NCBI GenBank assembly: GCA_963744715.1
Contig: CAVUUR010000003.1
Location: 1 to 45,797 of the forward strand
DNA: 45,797 nt
From: an uncultured bacterium
GTDB taxonomy: Bacteria > Babelota > Babeliae > Babelales > JACPOV01
Direction: 5' to 3'
The position numbers and the translations under genes were made by a program. Shown in pieces: positions 41,683-45,797 of the stretch (positions are counted from its first letter, which is position 1; each line of letters begins with the position of its first letter). The notes under the pieces were generated by a model, which saw nothing but the letters and a program-made list of their open reading frames with translations, was not told where the DNA came from and ran no database searches.

Positions 41683-42170
41683 ATGATGTATGGGATGGAA
41701 AAATGTGTGTGATTTTAACACACGCCCTCTTTAAGTCCCTTCAAACCCAGTGCAACCTGAACACGCCAACGCCAACTTCCCCCAATTTCGGCCCTGCCCT
41801 TTGTTCCGTCCGGTGCACACCCCAACGTGGACTCCAAACACCCACGTATCCTACACGTGACTCACCCACGCCTTGGGAAGGCGAGATGAACATCTGGGAA
41901 ACGTGGCATGGCGTGGTTTGGTGTGGCGTGGCGGAGATGGTGTGTGGATGTCCCCGGGCTCGTTTCTGGCTCTGCCCGATGGGTGTGTCTGGTCAGTCTG
42001 GGCAAAAAATATAGCAACTCTAAAAAGAAATACGGAAGTAAAAATGAAATCCGAGTGAGACCCACGCATTCTTAAAGTGGGATTGTGGAAAAGTTGGGAA
42101 TTTGTCGATTGCGGGTTCGTGGGGAGCATGGCGTGGTTTGGCGCATGGTTGCGCATGGCATGGTTGGTTA

Positions 42171-42230
42171 CGGGAAGGTGCGGGAAGGTGCGTGGAGGTG
42201 CGGGAAGGTGCGGGAAGGTGCGTGAAGGTG
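42171..42230. repeat. Six tandem 10-mers (CGGGAAGGTG with variants)
   Basis: cgggaaggtg cgggaaggtg cgtggaggtg cgggaaggtg cgggaaggtg cgtgaaggtg. Confidence 0.95.
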
Positions 42231-42482
42231 GCAGATGGCTTTGCGGCGCGCACGATTTCTGGCGGAACTAAATCTTTAAGTGGGTTTTCACAGGCGTTTT
42301 GCCGTAGGTGTGATCATTCTGGTGGTTTTAGAGAGGTCTAAATTCTTTCTTTAAGTGGGTTTTAGACGCTGGTCTTGGTTCGCAAACGGTTTGGCACGGC
42401 TTTATTACCCACTTAAAGACGATTTATGTAGGGCTAATGGGGTTGCTCTATTATTTACCCCTGGTGATGACGTCATCTGTCT

Positions 42483-42527
42483 TGATTATAGGATGATAAT
42501 AGTATGATAATAGGGTGATAATAGACT
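42483..42527. repeat. Four tandem 11-mers TGATwATAGnn at the candidate element terminus
   Basis: tgattatagga tgataatagta tgataataggg tgataatagac t. Confidence 0.9.
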
Positions 42528-45500
42528 TATTGTGTTCTTTTATTGAATAAATGTGTAACATGCAAGTTGTCTTTTTGAGAGTTTGTGACTTCAACTTGGT
42601 CTGAGGGTTTGAGGTACTTGGGTCACACTACCATGTGGATGAGCAGGCTTTTTCCTGAGGGCCATACCACTTGGGTCACTTCCCTGAGCGTTGAGGTACT
42701 TGAGATACTATCCAGCATGGTCCTTGAGTCTGCTTCACTGTTATTACTTGTGCATTGAAAATGTAATCAACCAACGGGAAGGGTGTTGTAATCCTGTGCA
42801 CTCAATATGCGGTGGACACACTTGCTGATGACACCTAATAATTTAATATACAAGCCAGGCACCCATTGGAAGAAGGACACTGTACATGCAAACACACACA
42901 GCGTTGGATAGGATTGCTGTGCAACACAGGCAAAAAAATACACATGCGGGTCAGGAACCTATGCCTCGGCTGTGAGACCTGAACAAAATTGATAAAACAG
43001 CGCTATAAGAAAAAAGAATAGGCCTTGCCAAATACGACGTAAAAATTGATCATGTTTTCACATTCAAAGACTGCCGCTATAGTCACTTAATTTCACCTTA
43101 TAGTTGGGGCCAGTTAGACAAAAATAGCTTGTTAGGGACCCCAGGGGTGCACTTCGTTCATTATCACCATGCATTGTTTAGTCGTTCGTTATAGGTTGAC
43201 AGTAATCAGTCAGGAGCTTGGAAACAAGATTCCAGGCAAAAAATAGATGAGTTTTTAGTTTACAATTATAACGCCACATCGTGGCTATGCTGCCGGTCAC
43301 TTGTTTCAGCTCACATCACGAAAATGTCATTTGCTAGGGATAACATCAAGTATGCTTCATGCCGGCAGACACAATCTCAATGATGCTAAGCCCTGGGCAC
43401 AGCAGCAGTCAGAATGGCGGCCCAGGGGGTGTCTCCCAGAAGAGAGGCTTTGGGGCAAAGGAATTGGAGGGGGTGGAGAAGACGATAAAGGCTACCACGG
43501 CAGAGACCGACTAGTATATGGATGGGGCTACTTGAGATATATTGGATGAGGCTACTTTGCTCTTATTTATAAGCTTTGTTCTTTCGTTGAAGGAACTCCA
43601 ATTGCTGAAGGGCTGTCATATCACCCCATTTGATGCGGTCGTGTAACTGGACTTTCCTTTGAATTCTTTTCGGACGAGGACCTGATTTCATGTTGTCCAC
43701 GACCAATCTCCATCTTCTTCAACGAACACCTACAGCAGGGCTGGAGACGAAGGGGCATGACTATCTGTTCTGTTCGACAAAGATGCAAAATAATACTTCA
43801 AACCCACCTTTTCTGGTTTGACGTCTATATAAAAAACTGTTCTTTTGTTCATTGGTGGTCGCATTTTTTTTTAATATGAAAATATTAACGTTACGCTCCG
43901 AGTATAACTAGGGTGTATAATTTTAAAGTAAATTTCTGTGAAACCACAATAGCAGCGGCTAAAAATTCCATACACTTATCTACCCAAGTTGCCAGCATTA
44001 TTGCGTTACTTTGGCAACTTGGATTTATCACCTAAACATAGAGCGTAGTGACTATGTACACATATTGATGTATGCTTTTCTCTTCATGCAAAGGTGCAAA
44101 AAAATGTAATGGGCAAAATGCAATCATTACTCCTGAAGAACTGGTTTTGCATCAGTTGGTAACAGCGTCAACAATTTAGGCAACTCTTAACACTTGTGGT
44201 CATGCGTCCCAAATCTCAAGGAGACATAAGTGGTCCAGTTTCGAGTGTACGTAGATGGGAAATATGCACAATACTTACACACATTCACAATTCCAAAACG
44301 CTGCCCTGTTGATTCCCCTACATTTTCCATCGATGCTTAAGAAATACTACGGGCTCAGAAGGGGACTATATACGGTAGCATGCACTTATCAAGTGTTGGG
44401 GCTGGATCCCCTATTATCCACCAAAGCTCTAGGCAGTATCTAGTAATATTATGGCAAACCACGAAGGCGTCTTAGAATTCAAAACGTCCCAAAGGCCAAA
44501 TTTACGTTCAAATGCACAATTTTTGAGTTATTTTTAATCATGACAGTGCCTCCCTTCACTTTTAGGGAAGGCTGCTACTGGATTACCTGGATTCCTACAG
44601 TCCCCCCTAGCTACATGGTTGTCAGAGAACTGTCGCAGGCCGTGGAAAAAGTACTTCTACTATCTACGTAGCCCAAGCATGTTGGGGAATGAAAACGCGC
44701 CCATGAGAAAAACATCGCAATCTCCATCACAAACGGCACAGGCTCCAATAGCTGTCGCGTGGCTCGCTTGACTCCACCTCAGTCCCGACCTGCATCAAAA
44801 TCAATCACGCCGATTCAAGTTTTTGCATCAAAGGGTAGAAGGTACCTTGCACAATAGGATTTGATGTTTAAAATCCTTTGCCTTACTTGCGTATTGTAGG
44901 TCGCACAAACAATGGCAACGTACCCTGTGGCCGCCATAAAATCTAACAAACCATCGTCGATCGCTAATCCGTTATGTCCCAGGTGCCACTCACTAAGCGC
45001 TGGAGCATATGCCCGGGCCAAAAAGTATGTACCCTGGCTACATTAATTTAGCCACAGTTGAGCCAAGTACACAAATTGAAAAGTGTGTACTTGGCCACAG
45101 AGCGCATTTCCACATCAGCTCAGCTACAATGGGCCAGAAGCACAGCAACAAATTGTGCTACATACATTATCAAGGACATCACTCAGAATTAAGTATTGCC
45201 GCCGACTGAATCTACTTAGACCGCACTGACCATCGTCATAACAGGATTAAAAGGGCACGCGTCTTGCACAGCCAGGGTTGGGTTACTCAGCAGATCCCCG
45301 CGTGTCTAAATTGTAGTTTAGCCGGCCGCACTGACAAAGGCGAATTCGAGGACAGAAGTGCTGGTGGGACCAGACCATGTGGCGGGGAACACGCATTTGC
45401 CAGCCAGGAAGAGACAGGAACCCGTTCGAAAATCTCAGAACCAACCCAAGTGTTTCAAAATGTCCAAACATCTGCTCGTGTTGAATCCCTTGTTCTTAGT

Positions 45501-45797
45501 AACTCCTGGTCGTGACGGAACCAAAAGAAAAAAATCAAAAATAAGGATTTTTGGCAAAGCGCATACGCCTATAGACAGTGCTGCCTTGGTTTTTTTTACT
45601 GGGCCATGCCAGTTTACTGCATCCCACGTTTAACCCAAAGCCTGCATTCATCCTGCCATCTAGGAGGCAGGAGGACTACATGTCAAACAACAATAGAATT
45701 GATTTCCCCCACTGCTATCAATCACAGCTGCATAAGTTGGTCTCCACAATTGTGCCATCTGGGATGGGCGCTTGGGCGGTATCTCGCCTCCCAAACA
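42528..45797. other. Gene-poor DNA, probably eukaryotic host flank
   Basis: No ORF above 91 aa and none recognisable over 3.2 kb. It contains scattered short repeats and hairpins. Confidence 0.5.

Larger units (their letters stand above)
40756..41721 (-). promoter_or_regulatory. Three copies of the upstream motif GTGTTAAAAT
   Basis: Copies at 40756-65, 41233-42 and 41712-21, starting 41, 41 and 39 nt before ATGs. Confidence 0.65.
37213..42527. mobile_element. One end of a Polinton-like virus / virophage-type element
   Basis: Minor-capsid-like gene, compact small genes with no Shine-Dalgarno sites and TATA-like bases before ATG, DNA methyltransferase, NUMOD3 protein, and a repeat-rich terminal region ending ...ACT. 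GC is visibly higher than in the bacterial part. Confidence 0.7.

Noticed and set aside
41652..42341. Overlapping ORFs of 60-120 aa in the terminal region
   Set aside because: They are low-complexity translations of GC-rich repeats on both strands.
42171..42527. CRISPR array
   Set aside because: The repeats are 10-13 nt, tandem or irregularly spaced, with no unique spacers and no cas genes.
37213..42527. Ordinary prophage of the bacterium
   Set aside because: There are no Shine-Dalgarno sites or tailed-phage genes, the composition differs, the capsid gene is penton-type, and bacterial sequence does not resume afterwards.
43301..45633. Short ORFs in the distal region
   Set aside because: None has a recognisable motif or consistent orientation. 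Exons cannot be excluded but are unsupported.

Overview
The window has three parts. (1) Bases 1 to ~37,200 are AT-rich, gene-dense bacterial chromosome. The housekeeping genes are eno, thyX, rpmA, secF, rho, tsaD, smpB with tmRNA, priA, orn and ruvA. There is also a type II secretion cluster with two secretins, a tandem-domain D-Ala-D-Ala ligase, a TrxB-thioredoxin fusion and many signal-peptide orphan proteins. This mix resembles a protist-associated intracellular bacterium such as Dependentiae/TM6 (inference only). eno, secF and rho carry small frameshifts that look like long-read errors. (2) At ~37,200-37,213 the trxB gene is cut off, and ~5.3 kb of more GC-rich DNA follows that reads as one end of a Polinton-like virus or virophage-type element. 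It encodes an interrupted minor capsid (penton) gene, a PAS-like gene, a beta-class DNA methyltransferase, a NUMOD3-only protein, tandem small paralogs, an IQ-motif protein and a CxxC protein. It also has a fixed-spacing promoter motif and a repeat-rich terminal region ending in ...ACT at 42,527. (3) Bases 42,528-45,797 are gene-poor DNA resembling eukaryotic intergenic sequence, possibly the integration flank. The bacterium/virus junction may be a chimeric read or misassembly and needs read-level checking. All protein assignments come from motif recognition by eye; no searches were run.
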